64,000 nucleotides of DNA from Paraspadella gotoi (Eukaryota > Animalia > Chaetognatha): assembly GCA_051294375.1 (NCBI GenBank), contig CM119266.1:644240-708239 (forward strand). The letters are read 5' to 3'. The translations under genes were made by a program, and so were the position numbers. Shown here in pieces: positions 37,235 through 50,704 of the stretch. Under the pieces are notes generated by a model. That model made no database searches. It was not told the origin of the DNA and saw only the letters and a list, made by a program, of their open reading frames with translations. How positions within the stretch are numbered: position 1 is the first letter of the stretch; every line of letters starts with the position of its first letter.

Positions 37235-40135
37235 GAAAGGTTCTCTTTGTATTGAGTATAGGGGGGTGAGGATGGGGTTCGGTGCCAGCCGTGAAGAATG
37301 GGAGAATTATGGGGACCGCTGTGGGTCTCGGAAAGGGACACAAGACCATCTACGTGGCCGAGAGTGTCTTACATTTAAGAAGTGGGACTATGTGGAAGGG
37401 ACGTCGTGTGCTGTCATTTGTATTGTTGAAGCCTATAGTAGTAGTCCAAGTTTATCCAGAGTGAATACCACCGACAAAGTGGGAAAGCTTACTGGCGGAA
37501 TCGTCAGGCCCTGAGCGGGACAGTGATAAGAGACTCCTCACGTCGAACGTCGGTATAGGCGCGTGTATGGAGGAGGAGGGTGCGGATACATGGAGTTCTC
37601 TGTTATTGCAGATATAGGGGGGAAGAGGTTGCGATGGGAATAAGAGACCGTGGAGTTTGGGAGAGGAGGGCTGGGCTGCGGATACGATGGAGTTCTCTTT
37701 CGTATTGAGTATAGGGGGGAGAGGTGGCGTATCGGGAAATTCCAAGAGGAACCGTGAGTTGAGAGGAGGGCAAGCGGTGGGATATGTGGAAGTTTCTTTA
37801 CCTTGTAATATTGAGCGCCGGAGAGGCGATGGGAATTAACTGAGTTGGGGAGAGGTGACATGGAAAGCTCCTCTTGTATTCACCGAAGAAATATAGGGGA
37901 ACGAGGTGATGGAAAAGAGACCGACATAAACGTTGGGAGACTAAGGTGGTAGCTGAGGAGTCATCCGCTTTTGAGTAAGTTATTAGGAGAGGGGCGATGG
38001 ATCAGGACTGTGATTGGCGAGAGGAAGGGTGGATACATGGAGTTCTCTTTTGTATTGAGTATAGGGGGAGAGGTGGCGATGGGAATTAGGGACCGTGGGT
38101 TGGGAAAGGAGGGGTGGATATGTGGAGTTTCTCTTTGTATTGAGTATAGGGGGGAAGGTGGCGAGGGGAATAAGAGACCGTGAGTTGGGAGAGGAGGGTG
38201 GGATACATGGAGTTCTCTTTGTATTGAGTATAGGGGGGAGAGGTGGCGAGGGGAATAGAGACCGTGAGTGGGAGAGGAGGGTGGGATACGTGTGGAGTTC
38301 TCTTTGTATTGAGTATAGGGGAGAGGTGGCGATGGGAATTAGAGACTGTTGAGTTGGGAGAGGAGGGTGGGATAGTGGAGTTCTCTTTGTATTGAGTATA
38401 GGGGGGAGAGGTGGCGATGGGATTAGAGACCGTGAGTTGGGAGAGGAGGGTGGGATACGTGGAGTTCTCTTTGTATTGAGTATAGGGGGAGAGGTGGCGA
38501 TGGGAATTAGAGACCGTGAGTTGGGGAGGAGGGTGGGATACATGGAGTTCTCTTTGTATTGAGTATAGGGGAGAGGTGGCGGATGGGAATTAGGACCTTG
38601 GGTTGGGGAAGGAGGGTGGGATATGTGGAGTTCTCTTTGATTGAGTCAAGTAGTCGGGGTAGGAGACCCGTGGCAATGGAATTGAAGACGTGAGTTGGAG
38701 AGGATGGCTGTGGATACATGGCAGTGTGTGCCTCATTCGTATCTGGTATTCTGGGGAAGCGGTTTGGCGAGGGACATCTCAGAGAGACCTGTGACCTCTC
38801 TGACATGGTTGAGAGAGGTGTGAGGGTGGATACCAGGATAGTCGTAGAGACTAGTGGGCCGAGAGGAGAAGATGGCTGATGAAGGAAGGTGGAATAAGAT
38901 ACTGAGTGTGACGAGTGAGCTGGTTCGCGAGCTCGACTCGTGGGAGTTACTCTTGATGAGTATAGGGGAGTAGAGGAGGGGGTTACACGAAGCGATCGCT
39001 GTCGAGAGTACTTCGTCGGAGTGAAGTGTGTGCGGAATCCTAATAGACCGATGCGAGTGTTGTGGGAGAGAGAGGAAGAAATTCTGTGATACTGCATCGC
39101 TCGAGTGGGTGGGAGTAGAGCGTAGGCGTCTCCTCTGTTGCTCATATTGAGATGTGAGGTGGGGAGAGATGGTTAGGGAGGCCTCATGCACTGCCGAACA
39201 TGTTAGAGATACCGTGAAGTGTGAGAAGAGAGTGGTGGCGCTGCGGATGAATCTATTAGTGATGGTGGACATGCGCTCATCGCGTGGCGTGAATTTGGGT
39301 TGCCCATCAGTATCGCGTGGATGTTTGGTGGATGACAGATGGAAACGCATCCGGCTGTCGTGACGTGCCGAGTCGCGAAGTGGCATGTTCGCCCGAGAAC
39401 CGCACTGACCGATGGTGGCTGCGGAGCAAGAGACGGCTTGAGGGGTGGGATATGTGGAGCGGTATCACGTGCCTCTGCCTGGCTTGTCCGATGTCGAAGA
39501 GATGTAATTGATAAGGAGAGTGCTGTACTGTGAATGGATCTAGAGTAGGGACGATTTGGGAAATGCAGAGAGACCGTGAGTTGGGAGAGGAGGGTGGGAT
39601 ACGATGGAGTTCTCTTTGTATTGAGTATAGGGGGGAGAAGTGGCCCGATGGAATTAGAGACTGGTGAGTTGGGAGAGGTAGGGTGGGATACGTGGAGTTC
39701 TCTTTGTATTGAGTATAGGGGGGCGAGAGGTGGCGATGGGAATTTTAGAGGACCGTTGAGTTTGGGAGAGGAGGGTGGGATACGTGGAGTTCTCTTTGTA
39801 TTGAGTATAGGGGGAGACGGTGGCGATGGGAATTAGGGACCGTGGGTTGGGGAAAGGAGGGTGGGATATGTGGAGTTCTCTTTTGTATTGATATAGGGGG
39901 GAGAGGTGGGACGAGGGAATAAGAGACCGTGAGGTTGGGAGAGGAGGGTGGGATACATGGAGTTCTCTTTGTATTGAGTATAGGGGGGAGAGGTGGCGAT
40001 GGGATAAAAGACGTGAGTTGGAGAGGAGGGTGGGATTAACGTGAAGTTCTCTTTGTATTGAGTATAGGGGGAGACTGGTGGCGATGGGAATTAGGGACCG
40101 TGGGTTGGGGAAAGGAGGGTGGGATATGTGGAGTT
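37235..40135. repeat. ~84-bp G-rich satellite array with heavily garbled internal segments
   Basis: Unit GAGTTCTCTTTGTATTGAGTATAGGGGGGAGAGGTGGCGATGGGAATTAGAGACCGTGAGTTGGGAGAGGAGGGTGGGATACGTG (starts 38210, 38295, 38378, 38462). It is clean at 38030-38640 and 39570-40135 and degraded at 38650-39560. Confidence 0.93.
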
Positions 40136-41165
40136 TGCTTAGTTTGTGGGAAGAAGAAGAAGAAAAAGAGGGAAATGGAAAAAGTGAAGTTATTTGTGGG
40201 TTAAGTTGAAAAGAGAAGAGAAAAAGTGAGCGGGAAATCTTGGACTCGAAGAATGAGTAAGTACAGATCGATTATAACGAGGAGGAAGGAGGAAAAAGAA
40301 ATTAAATAAAGAAGATAAAAAGTTTTTCAATGGAATTAATTAAGGAAGATAGGGAAAAAGGAATATATAAATCGCAGGAATTAGGAAGGAGGAAAATAAG
40401 ATGGAAGCAGAAAATAAAGAATGAAAGGAAAAGTAAGGAAATGATGGAAGAAAGGGTGGAAGGAAAGGAGGAAACTGACGGTGAAGGTAGAAAAAAAAAA
40501 AGGAAGAGAGAAAAAATATGAGAGGTCGCTGGATAAACTATTTCCAGGGCTGAGTTTTGAGGAGAAATAGAGCAAGCGCGAATGGTAATTAGATGCGAAT
40601 AAAGGGATATAAGTTTATGTATACTTATTAATTTTCTTAATTATTTTTCCTAATCCAAATAGTGCTCTCGGTACTGGTTGGCCGACGAATATCGAAAACT
40701 CCCGCTCAAACTTTGAATCGGCGAAAAGAGAAAAGTGGAGAGAATAGATCGAACTCATATCGACGTCGAAGAACGAAGAGAGATTTATGCTTTATTGAAT
40801 TATGGGTCATAAATCTGTCTATGAAATAAAGCGGTTACGATGGCCATGAAATGGGTCCATCGCTCTTAATTTATCCTCTTCGTTTTTTCCGGATAATAAT
40901 GTAGAAAAACAATATTGTAAATGAGAAAATTGTCATGAATCGGAATCCCCTTTATATTTTGTTGTCCGTGAAATTTATAGTTAACTATTTCATAGTATAT
41001 GATATAACACATTTGTCTGTATTAGTTCACAATACCTTAATTCTTGCCTCTCGATTTCGCTGTCGTGTCCAATTCTTTTCGGCGAGGAATTACCCGCCAG
41101 CGATTCAACGATGAAGGGGGGTAGGGCAGAAAGGTGAGGTGAGGGGAGGAAGATGATGAAAGGTC

Positions 41166-41238
<73 letters not shown>

Positions 41239-41803
41239 GAGCGAGACAGACCACGTTCGCAACCAGGAAATAATGAATATTTGATCCCAGCGCGTCGAGA
41301 GAGTGAGACGCAAAGTCGATGGCTAATGTGGAGTTGGGTTTAAGGGAAAGTGACGCTGGGATTCGAGGTAAGGTCAAAGGCGATGAGAGGTGAGAGGTGA
41401 GGTAAGTAAGTTAAGGGGTGAATTCCGTCGAAAGTGTCAATAGTTTAGACGAGATTGAAGAATTAGTTTAAGAATTATATTTTGTACTTTGTACCTATTT
41501 CATGATAAATAATAAATGATGAGCTGACTTTTAGCGGCGAAAGGATTTGACGAGGCTTAAGCCTTCGTTGAATTCAGGGCAGTTGAGTTTTAAATTTAAA
41601 TTTAATAATTTTCTTTTCTATGTCGACTTCCGTCGCTATTGGAGTTATTATCGAAAACCAACTTCAATTTATTTCAGAAATGAAAAACAATTTCGAAAAG
41701 TTTATCTTTATAACGGAAACCGTCTTTATAATCCAATTCAGGGAAATCTCCGAACGGAAATGTCCTTTATTAGATTTGGAATGTGGAATAGTTGCATTTT
41801 TTC

Positions 41804-41947
<144 letters not shown>

Positions 41948-42689
41948 CCATTCTCTTCTTGTTATGCCTTTCAATTTCTCGTTTCCAGCAATCCCCTCCT
42001 CACGGGGCCTCCAGGGAAATACTCGCCAAACTTGGCCGAGGGGAAGGGGAGAGGTGAGGGGAAGATGGAGATGGAGATGGAGGAAGTGGGAAGTGGACGA
42101 GGAAATAGAGACTGGAGAGTGAAGTGGAAAAGGGAGAGAGGAGAAAGGAAAGATTCTAAATCAAGAAACTGAATGAGAGAAAGATGTTGTGGCTAAAAAA
42201 AAAATGAAACTTGTTGAGTTGGGAATATAGGGGATAAAGTCGAGAGAAGAAAAGAAAAAGGAAAACAGAAGAAAAAGAAAGATAGAAAATAGTAAAAGAG
42301 AAAATGAGGATGCCTCAGGGAACTGTGAAGAAAGATAGAGAGAGAGGGGAAATTGAGAACTGGGATTAACTGAGGAAAAACAAAGCAGTGAAAATTGTAG
42401 CATTGACAAGAAACGAATCAGTTGTCTTCAATTGTCCTGTAGAAAAGTAAGAAAAAAAAGTTAAAGCAATTTGGGGAAAGATTAGGAAGTTAATAAGTTG
42501 AAAAGAAAAAAGTAACCCTTTAAATTTAAAAAAAGAATAAAAAATATATTATAATTTATGATTTATTTTTCATATTTCTTTCATAATGTAATATAATATT
42601 CTATTAAATCTATTCTTTAAATGAATAAAAGTGAGAGAAAAGTACGAAGGAATGAAGTCGAGGAATAACTAAGAAGAAAAGACGAGTAA

Positions 42690-42945
42690 GAAAAAGAATA
42701 AAAGGATTAAAGTGAGAAAGACAATAAAAGGATTAAAGTGAGAAAGAGAATAAAAGGATTAAAGCGAGAAAGAGAATAAAAAGATTAAAGCGAGAAAGAG
42801 AATAAAAGGATTAAAGCAAGAAAGAAAATAAAAGGATTAAAGTGAGAACGAGAATAAAAGGATTAAAGCGAGAAAGATAATAAAAGGATTAAAGTGAGAA
42901 AGAGAATAAAAGGATTAAAGGAGAATTAAAAAGATTAAAGTAAGA
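42690..42945. repeat. 26-bp tandem repeat (AAAGAGAATAAAAGGATTAAAGTGAG)n
   Basis: ~10 copies; the same unit occurs at 43390-43475, 44528-44690 and 53938-54056. Confidence 0.92.
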
Positions 42946-43618
42946 AAGGAAGAACATAATCCAAATGTCAAATATATCTTAATTTTAGCGTTGACTTTCG
43001 AATGGTTCAATCGGGAGAACGAGAATAAAGAAGGTAAAGATAGGGAAAAACTAAGGAAAAAGACGACCATCACGAGCACGACGTCACGAGTTCACGAGTT
43101 ACGGATCAGCAGGTCCAAACGGAGTCCGACGGCGAAGAATAAAAGGACGGTACATTAAAGCAAAGACATTCCAATTTCCCAAATATTATAATAGCGGTGT
43201 TGGACTAGTCGAGATGAGAGCTACATCAAAAGGGACGAAGGATGAGAGGCGAAAAACTTTAAGGAAAAAAAAAAAAAAAAATGACGCAACAATCACGAGT
43301 CACGAACGTCTCAAGAAAGGTCATTAACCAAGTTGGAACTCAGTAACGAGAATAAAAACAAGGNNNNNNNNNNNNNNNNNNNNNNNNNTCAATTAAAGTG
43401 ACAAATAGGAAATAAAAGGATTAAGTGAGAACAAGAATAATAAGGATTAAAGTGAAAAGAGGATTAAAGAATTAACGGAGTCTGTTCATTAAGATTGAAA
43501 AAAAATTGAAAAACTTAACGAAAATAAAAAAACTTTTGTCCGATGGTCATTTAATTCGCCCTTTTACCGGTGGTACAGATTGCGCCAATCCAAAATTTTC
43601 TTCGATGCCTCAACTTAC

Positions 43619-44471
43619 CAGATTAATTAAGGTTCTAATAGTGGCAAATCTTCTAAAGGACCTCTCTCTGAAAGCAATTAAGCGAGCCCCAATTAGTCTT
43701 TGGTCATACTTACTTCGAATCATGACTGACAATTTGGGTAGTATGGCATTTTAGTCATTTTTCAAAATCTTTGATGGTAAAGTCAAATAAAATTATATAA
43801 GAAAAAATACCCTCAATCTTTGCACTCGTCTTAATTCACATAGAAGCATTGTGATTGATTACAATAATCGATACTCCCAAAATGGTGCCAAAGTCCTGAA
43901 TTTCGGTTTGAATGCATAAACTTTAGTTTTATTTTGTTTTTTCCCCAGGAGATGCTTTTTTTAGGTGATATAAATGTTGGTTTGTTTCTTTTTTCTGTAC
44001 AGCAAAATTTCAACAATTCCTATAATGCATTTAGCTGCAGAATATAAAGCATGTGAAACGTAATGAAGCGCATGCGTCTCTCGTCGAATTACTCAGAGAA
44101 AACTTAGATTAGAAATAAGTTGTTTACCTCTTGATTCTTCGTACCTCAATTTATTTTTTCTTTGCTTTTATTTTTGGAAGAAAGTCTTTTTTATTTATTT
44201 CGGACAAAGATTGTTTCAAATGGGATGAGTTCATGCATTAGAACCTCCAATCAAGCTAAGACAAATTTGAAAAAATGCTCTTATATGTTATACCTTTTAT
44301 CAGAGTAATCAGAAACACATTCATCACCATCATGAAAGAAATTCTGCTGTGAAGGAGTACAGGATCGGCTAGTACAATCTTTGAGTAAGTGATATCTAGA
44401 AATATAAATTTTGGATTGGTGCCATCTCTGTACCCGGGAAGAAAGGAATCAATGACCGATCGCGGTACGAT
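43619..44471 (-). CDS. Candidate exon cluster, divergent cadherin-like extracellular repeats (frameshifted as assembled)
   Basis: Minus-strand AG/GT-bounded segments: 44471-44294 (open, IVPRSVIDSFLPGYRDGTNPKFIFLDITYSKIVLADPV..); ~44034-43811 (NFAV..ET.NIYIT.K...LCIQTEIQDFGTILGVSIIVINHNAS); 43768-43619 (NAILPKLSVMIRSKYDQRLIGARLIAFRERSFRRFATIRTLINL|GTAAGT). Confidence 0.35.
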
Positions 44472-44527
44472 CTTCTTTTTCTTTTTTTTAAATTTTTTTT
44501 TTCAGGATCCCATGAGCAGGACTCCCG

Positions 44528-45596
44528 GTTAAAGTGAGCAAAGAGAAATTTTAAAAGGATTGTATAAGTGGAAAGAGAGTAAAAGCGATTAAAGTGGAGA
44601 AGAGAATTAAAAGTTTCAGAAGTGCCACCCGCAGGAACGAGGAATAAAAGGAATAAAAGTCGTAGAAAAGAGAAAAAGGAATTAAAGCGGGCGGAAAGGA
44701 GAAAAGAGAAGAGAAAGGAGACACTGCCACGCCCTATCTTGGGCGGGTGGGGAGAAAGAAGATGAAGCCTGATGAAAAGGAAAAAAAAGAGAAAGTGAAA
44801 AGGTTGAAGGGCAGGAGTGGCGTGTGTGAATAACAGAAATGTAAGAAAAAAAAGGGAAGAAAGAGAATTGATAGTGAGGACGGGAAAGAAAAAGAACAGA
44901 TAAGGAGAAACGGTAGGAATGAGAGAGAAAGAAAAAGTATGAATAATTAAGGAGGGACTGATAGTGATAAAGAGATAGACCGAAGCCAAAACGTCACCAC
45001 CCATTTTGAGTTTTTCCAAAACCGAAGACGCTATGAAAGAAGTTCATAACTCGTTTACGTTAATACCCAATTCTTCTGCCGACTCGATATTTCCGTATCT
45101 ATATATCATTTGAATAAAAATTGAGTCACAAAGAATTACATAAGTAAGCAAACTCTATTTTGTTATATCATTCCGATAGTTAGTGCGACTATCAAATCTG
45201 TAACTGTTCTGGGTTTTATAACATGAATTTTTTTTAATTATGATCAGAGTCAAAGGGATTAATTGATACTTTTTATTTAATCGCGAATCATTTGTTTTAA
45301 AAAACGATTCCCAATATTAATATCTTGAGTCTCTCCCATCTGTTTTTTCTTCTAAGAAAATTAGATCCTCTCAATTTGACAAACTCTCATTCTCTATTTC
45401 TTCTCTCACTTCGGTACAGAACTTTTCTCGGACATGAAACCTACCCTCCTATTTAATAAATTTCCATGAAGCGCATTCTCACCCTTTTCTAATTCTCGAC
45501 CGGCGGGAGGTACCGCGCCGGACGGTGTGAGATGAGGGCAGGCCTGACCTTACCCAGAGGCTGAATTAAGTGGTACAAGAAAGAAGTTTTAGAGAG

Positions 45597-45600
<4 letters not shown>
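44528..45600 (+). repeat. Segment duplicated at 53938-54882
   Basis: Colinear match (GAGACACTGCCACGCCC, GACCGAAGCCAAAACGTCA, CCTGACCTTACCCAG, AAGAAGTTTTAGAGAGAAAA); this copy is insertion-rich. Confidence 0.9.
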
Positions 45601-45627
<27 letters not shown>

Positions 45628-45914
45628 AAAAAAAAAAAAAAAAAAAAAAAAACCAGAAGGAGTGAGGGAGACGAGAGGATGACGACCTCGCGGGAGAAGG
45701 GGAGAAGATTGGGTGAGAGAGAGTACGTTGAGAAGTAAGGAGAAATGTGAAGCACGAGGAGAGAGGAGAGTATGTGATTCGACGAGGAGATGAGAGAGAG
45801 AGAGAGAAGAGAGGAGAGAAAAAAAAAAAGAGAGAAGAGAGAGAAGAGAGAGACGAGAGAGAGAGAGGAGAGATGAGAGAGAGATGGAGAGAGAGACGAG
45901 AGAGAGAGAGAATG

Positions 45915-46270
45915 AAGAATGGTTAAAAGCGTGGGAAAACAAAGGGACTTTCAACGACTGGGTGATGGCTTCGGTAGGGAATAGGTGTGAACTTTGGGGT
46001 GCTGGAGTTAGCGAAGTTGAAGAAGTGGCGTCTGAGTTAGGTGAGGCGTTCGTGCCTCCGGGCGAATGGTGAGGAATAAATGGGTTAGGGAATTCGGCGC
46101 TACTGACCGGACTCAAAGTTAATCTTCCATTTTGAATCAGAAATCGAATTGGAAAGTTTATTCTATCATTTCCAAATAAAAAATTGTCTGTTTTCGACAA
46201 TTTATTAATTAATTATATTTTCAATGCGAAATTTTTATTTATATTATTATATATTTATATTTATATTTTA
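45915..46270 (+). repeat. Segment duplicated at 63668-64000
   Basis: GGTTAAAAGCGTGGGAAAACAAAGGGACTTTCAACGACTGGGTG...AATCAGAAATCGAATTGGAAAG is shared. Confidence 0.92.
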
Positions 46271-46646
46271 TTTTATTGGACATTATTTTTACTTTTCATT
46301 AATTTAGACTTATAAATGTTTCTTTTTGGTCGAAATTGTCGTTTCAGATTGTTTCGGAAATAGTTACCTTTCTCAAAAACTCGATTTAAATATTTTTTAA
46401 ATCTTTTTTTCAACATAATAACTAAATCTTCGTTAAACAAATACTCAACTTAAAAAGTAAATCCTCCACGTGGCAAGCACCACAAAAATAAAGTGTCGGG
46501 TCGATAGCTCACTCTCTCTCTCTCTCTTCTTCTCTCTCTCTTCTCTCTTAATCCTCTCTCTCTCTCTCTCTCTCTCACTACATCACACAACAAAAACTCA
46601 CAGTGTCGGGATAGCGCTCTTCTCTCTCCTCTTCTCTTCGCTCTCT

Positions 46647-46719
<73 letters not shown>

Positions 46720-47379
46720 TTTATTTAAACCGAAATTCTTGGAGCCAAGAGGTCATCGCTCCGAGAGAATTTTCTCATTTGTCTCCTTATTCCCTTTTTC
46801 TCTTTTTTTTCTCTTTCGTATGTTTAACTCTTTCTTTCGAGTCGGTCTATTAGTACAAAGATCGTATTGAACAAGATATTTCTTCTTTTTATTCTCAATC
46901 ATCTTCTTTCTTTTATTCGTACTACATTCTTTGACTTTGGTTTCGTCTTTTTTTTATTTTTCTTTTTCTTTTTCTTTTTGGACGCGTCCCGAGATTTTCG
47001 TACAGGTCACTGTGATTTTGCTTTTGTTGACGTTGGCATGGAAACAAACCGACATGCGTAGGCAGAAGCATAAGCTGGGATTGACGTTGAGAGGGAAGAG
47101 CCATGGTTGAGTTAGAGATAAGTAGGGGAATCGAGAGTGTGGTGACCAGTCAGAGGTGAATTATAGGTGATTGGTTGAAAAGTGAAGAGAGAAGGGAAAA
47201 GCCATAAAGCAAAGGGAAAGATCGGAAAAATAGAAAAGAAAGGCAAAAGGGAAAAGCCAAAATAAAAAATAGAAAGAGCGGAATTAAGGGCAACGCGGCC
47301 AACAGGGCAAAAGGTGCTAAAATAGCGAAAATAGGGAAAAGGGGAAGTTTTCAAAGTGAGATGCGGGAAGGACAAGCAG

Positions 47380-47650
47380 GTTAAATCGGCGAAGCGAAGA
47401 CTCGTGGCTTAAGGCCCAAGGGACGTCAGAGGCACGACAGGCTGGTGATGGCAAGTTATCAAAACCGATTGACAGGCGATGAGGGTATGAGAAAGATTTC
47501 ATTAGTTCTAAACTTCTAGCGTTTGTGCTCACACTAAACACAGTCGGGAAAAAAATCCAAGCAGCTTGGGCTAAAGAAGAAAGCTTATCTTCCGAAAGCG
47601 AACGGAACTGCGTCGTACTGCCGCGTGTTGTGAAATGTTGTTGACGGAGA
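47380..47650 (-). mobile_element. Possible LINE (CR1/Jockey-like) ORF2 C-terminal remnant
   Basis: Minus-strand TTRG....KL...FF....SFSY..R....FDNLP....AS resembles the TRGH..KL..FFS.R...WN.LP...A.S tail of these LINEs. Confidence 0.3.
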
Positions 47651-47784
47651 GATAAGGAAAATAGAGATGTGAGACAGAGACAATGATAGGAGGAGGGAGT
47701 TCGATTCACGAGGAACACCGATAGGACGAGTCGTTTCTGACAAAATTTTTAGCGTTCTCCCTTTCTAACCCGCTCTCTCTCTCT

Positions 47785-47830
<46 letters not shown>

Positions 47831-48924
47831 TAAAGCTTTTAACAACTTCCTCGACAGCAATAAAACAAGAGCACCAAATTTCTATCATCGTCTCTTTTCA
47901 AGAAAAGAAAAAGAGAAAGAAGAAAAGAAAAGAAAAGAAAAAAATAGAAAAAAATAAAAAAAAACCTTAAACAAAAAACGGAAAGAAATCTAAACAAAAA
48001 TTTTTTCTGCTTCGAAATTTTTTCGTGACAATCTTTATTAAAAATGAAAAAAAAAGACATTTAATTACATAGTTGTTAAAATAAAGAAAAAACGAGGAAC
48101 ATTTGACCCGACCCGGAGGATTCAATTGCCTTTTGAGTCCAGTCAAAGGTTAAAAAGGCTGAGAAATTTTAAAAACTTGTTCTCCCGTTTATCTTACGAG
48201 ATCAAAATTTGGTGAGAAAATGAGCGTGACATGGTTTTTTCAATTGTTGTTGTTTGTGGACATTTTAATTTTTCTTGCAAGCTTGATCATCTCCCCTAAT
48301 TTCATATTTCTCATTTGTTCTTCTCAATTTAGGTCAATGTAGCCGCGAACTCAACCTTAAAGTTTTTTTACAATCATTTAACTGAGAATCAATTTGAGTG
48401 TAAAGAAAAGAATGTTTTATGTAACAATTAATACTTCTTTGTATTGATAATTGAAGAAGTTTTTTGACCGCGTTCCACAATTTTATTTTCTTACTTGTTT
48501 TCTTTTTATCTGAATAATGAACAAAAAGGGATAAAAAGATTACAAATCTTAACATTAATTTTTTTTGTTAGAATCGAGAATATTTATACACACACAAAAG
48601 AGCGAGTCTTTGTGGATGATAAAAATGCTAGAATAATATGAATATAAAACAATTCTCTAGGTAGAACGGCGGAAATGTATAGCGACAGGAACATCCGTAG
48701 TACCGAGAAGATAGAAACACAGAGAGAGAGGAGAGGAGACGAGAGAGAGAGCAAGATGAGAGAGGAATTAGAGAGAGATGATGAGAGGGATTGGAGAGAG
48801 AGAGAGAGAGAGAGACGGAGAATCTTCTGGTCGGCGGTTACTTAAAGACCTTCCTAGGGGACCCATTATGCAAAAAAGTGGAACCTTAAAAATTATATAA
48901 ATATTTAGTATTTACCGCGAAAAC

Positions 48925-49278
48925 AGGCGATGATTCGTTTGTGTCAGGCGTATGATTTCGTTTGTCAGCGGATGATTTTCGTTGTCAGTGCGATGAGTTT
49001 CGTTTCGTCAGCGATGATTTCGTTTGTAGGCGATGATTTCGTTCGTCAGGGCGATGATTCGGTCAGGCGATTGATTTCGTTTGTCAGACGATGATTTCGT
49101 TCGGTCAGGCCGATGATTTCTGTTTGGGTCAGGCGAGATTTCGTTTGCTTCAGGCGATGATTCTTCGTTTGTCAGGCGATGATTTCGTTTGTCAGGCGAT
49201 ATTTTCGTTCGTCAGGCGGATGATTTTGTTTGTCAGGCAATATTTCGTTCGTCAGGCGATGATTTCGTTCGATCAGGC
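48925..49278. repeat. 20-bp minisatellite (TTTCGTTTGTCAGGCGATGA)n, ~17 copies
   Basis: Direct reading; TTCGTTCGTCAG and TTCGTTTGTCAG variants. Confidence 0.92.
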
Positions 49279-50160
49279 CTCTGAAATTCTCGCCCGATGG
49301 TTTACTAATTATTTTATTTCAACAATAATTATTTGTTTACCTTTGTATACTTGACATACTTAATACTGAATTGCGCATACAAAAAATTAATTGAGCAAAC
49401 AATTAGTTAATTAATTAATATACAATAATTAATTAGGTTGATTAATTATTTTTTTATAATTAATCGTCTTTAGGCGACTTCATCAGATTAAGTTTTTTTC
49501 CAACGTCGTTCTTTGTCTTCGTCGTCTTTTCGTTAATGTAATAATTCAATAATTAATAAATAACAATCAGTTAATAATTAATTTAAATAGTTAATTTATT
49601 TTTAAAACATTTGATCTAAGTAACTTCTTGGACAATATATAGGGTTGGGACCGACGGACCTGACAAAAGTGAATTATAGAGCCGGAATTTCTGCTATAAT
49701 CAGATCCGGCTTAAACATTCAAGAAAAGTTTATGAACATCAATCACTCGGGAGCCAATTTTCAAAAGGCGAAACGAAAATATTCTTATCTCGTAACAAAA
49801 CCACAGATCAAATTCGTGAAAAAATCTTCACAATTTCTAAACGGATCAATGCGATTCGTTTGAAGCGGCCCTGTCGAAGCAATTACTTAAATTTAATTAA
49901 GAGAAAAATGTTTTAATAATGTTCGTTTTCGATAGAAGATTTTTTTTCAAATATCCATTTTTGATAATTATTTAAAGTTTATATTTGATTCTAAAATTAT
50001 TTGTTTGTTGTTGACCTTAAACCTTATGTCTATTTCTTGTAACACCTAACTGACTCGCTTTAATTATGAAAATAAATCAAAAATTCTTTTAAATAAAAAA
50101 AGTTTTGTTTTGTATATTTTCTTTTTCTAACTGACACCCGCTAATTTTTCCATTTTGAAG

Positions 50161-50299
50161 TCGACTTTGAACGATGCTTCGCTCGATCCCCCAAATCACA
50201 CTGCGAACCAACTCGTCGGCCGAGTCGACGATCCGAAAAGTAAGTCCATCTCTTTACTAGACCATTTATTTGTATCTTTTAATTAATTCGCTCTCTCTC

Positions 50300-50374
<75 letters not shown>

Positions 50375-50560
50375 CCCCTTTCCCGTCCGCAGAATAAATT
50401 CCTCCGCCAGAATCCCAGATTTTTCAAAGAGAATGGGAAGCGAGAATTTCGCAAAAGGTTTATCAAATGTGGAATGGGTTGGACTATTGAGAACGACATG
50501 GGTCTCAGCCGGTTACAATGTGACTTAGTCGAGCTTTCGGGCAAAACATACTATCATTGT
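50161..50560 (+). CDS. Candidate upstream exons of the METTL27-like gene (50161-50239; 50393-~50560)
   Basis: TTTTGAAG|TCG..AAAA|GTAAGT, and a polypyrimidine-CGCAG|AAT acceptor. Open reading: STLNDASLDPPNHTANQLVGRVDDPK / NKFLRQNPRFFKENGKREFRKRF... The end of the second exon is uncertain. Confidence 0.5.
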
Positions 50561-50704
50561 GAAAGGAATTTTCAAATTTTACGAAATACATCGAAGATTA
50601 ATATTTATTATGTTTAATTTTAAAAAATTTACTGCACTTTACGCAATTACTAAAATAAATATATTAAAATGTATTGATAACGAATTCCTTTGCCCATTGA
50701 CCAG

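Noticed and set aside
38507-39533. Two >200-aa minus-strand ORFs
   Set aside because: They lie in the garbled portion of the 84-bp satellite, where residual unit words are still visible.
48925-49278. Minus-strand unit CCTGACGAACGAAATC contains hammerhead core words (CUGACGA, GAAA, UC)
   Set aside because: No helices I-III can form within the 20-nt unit, and most copies read CTGACAA, which breaks G8; treated as coincidence.
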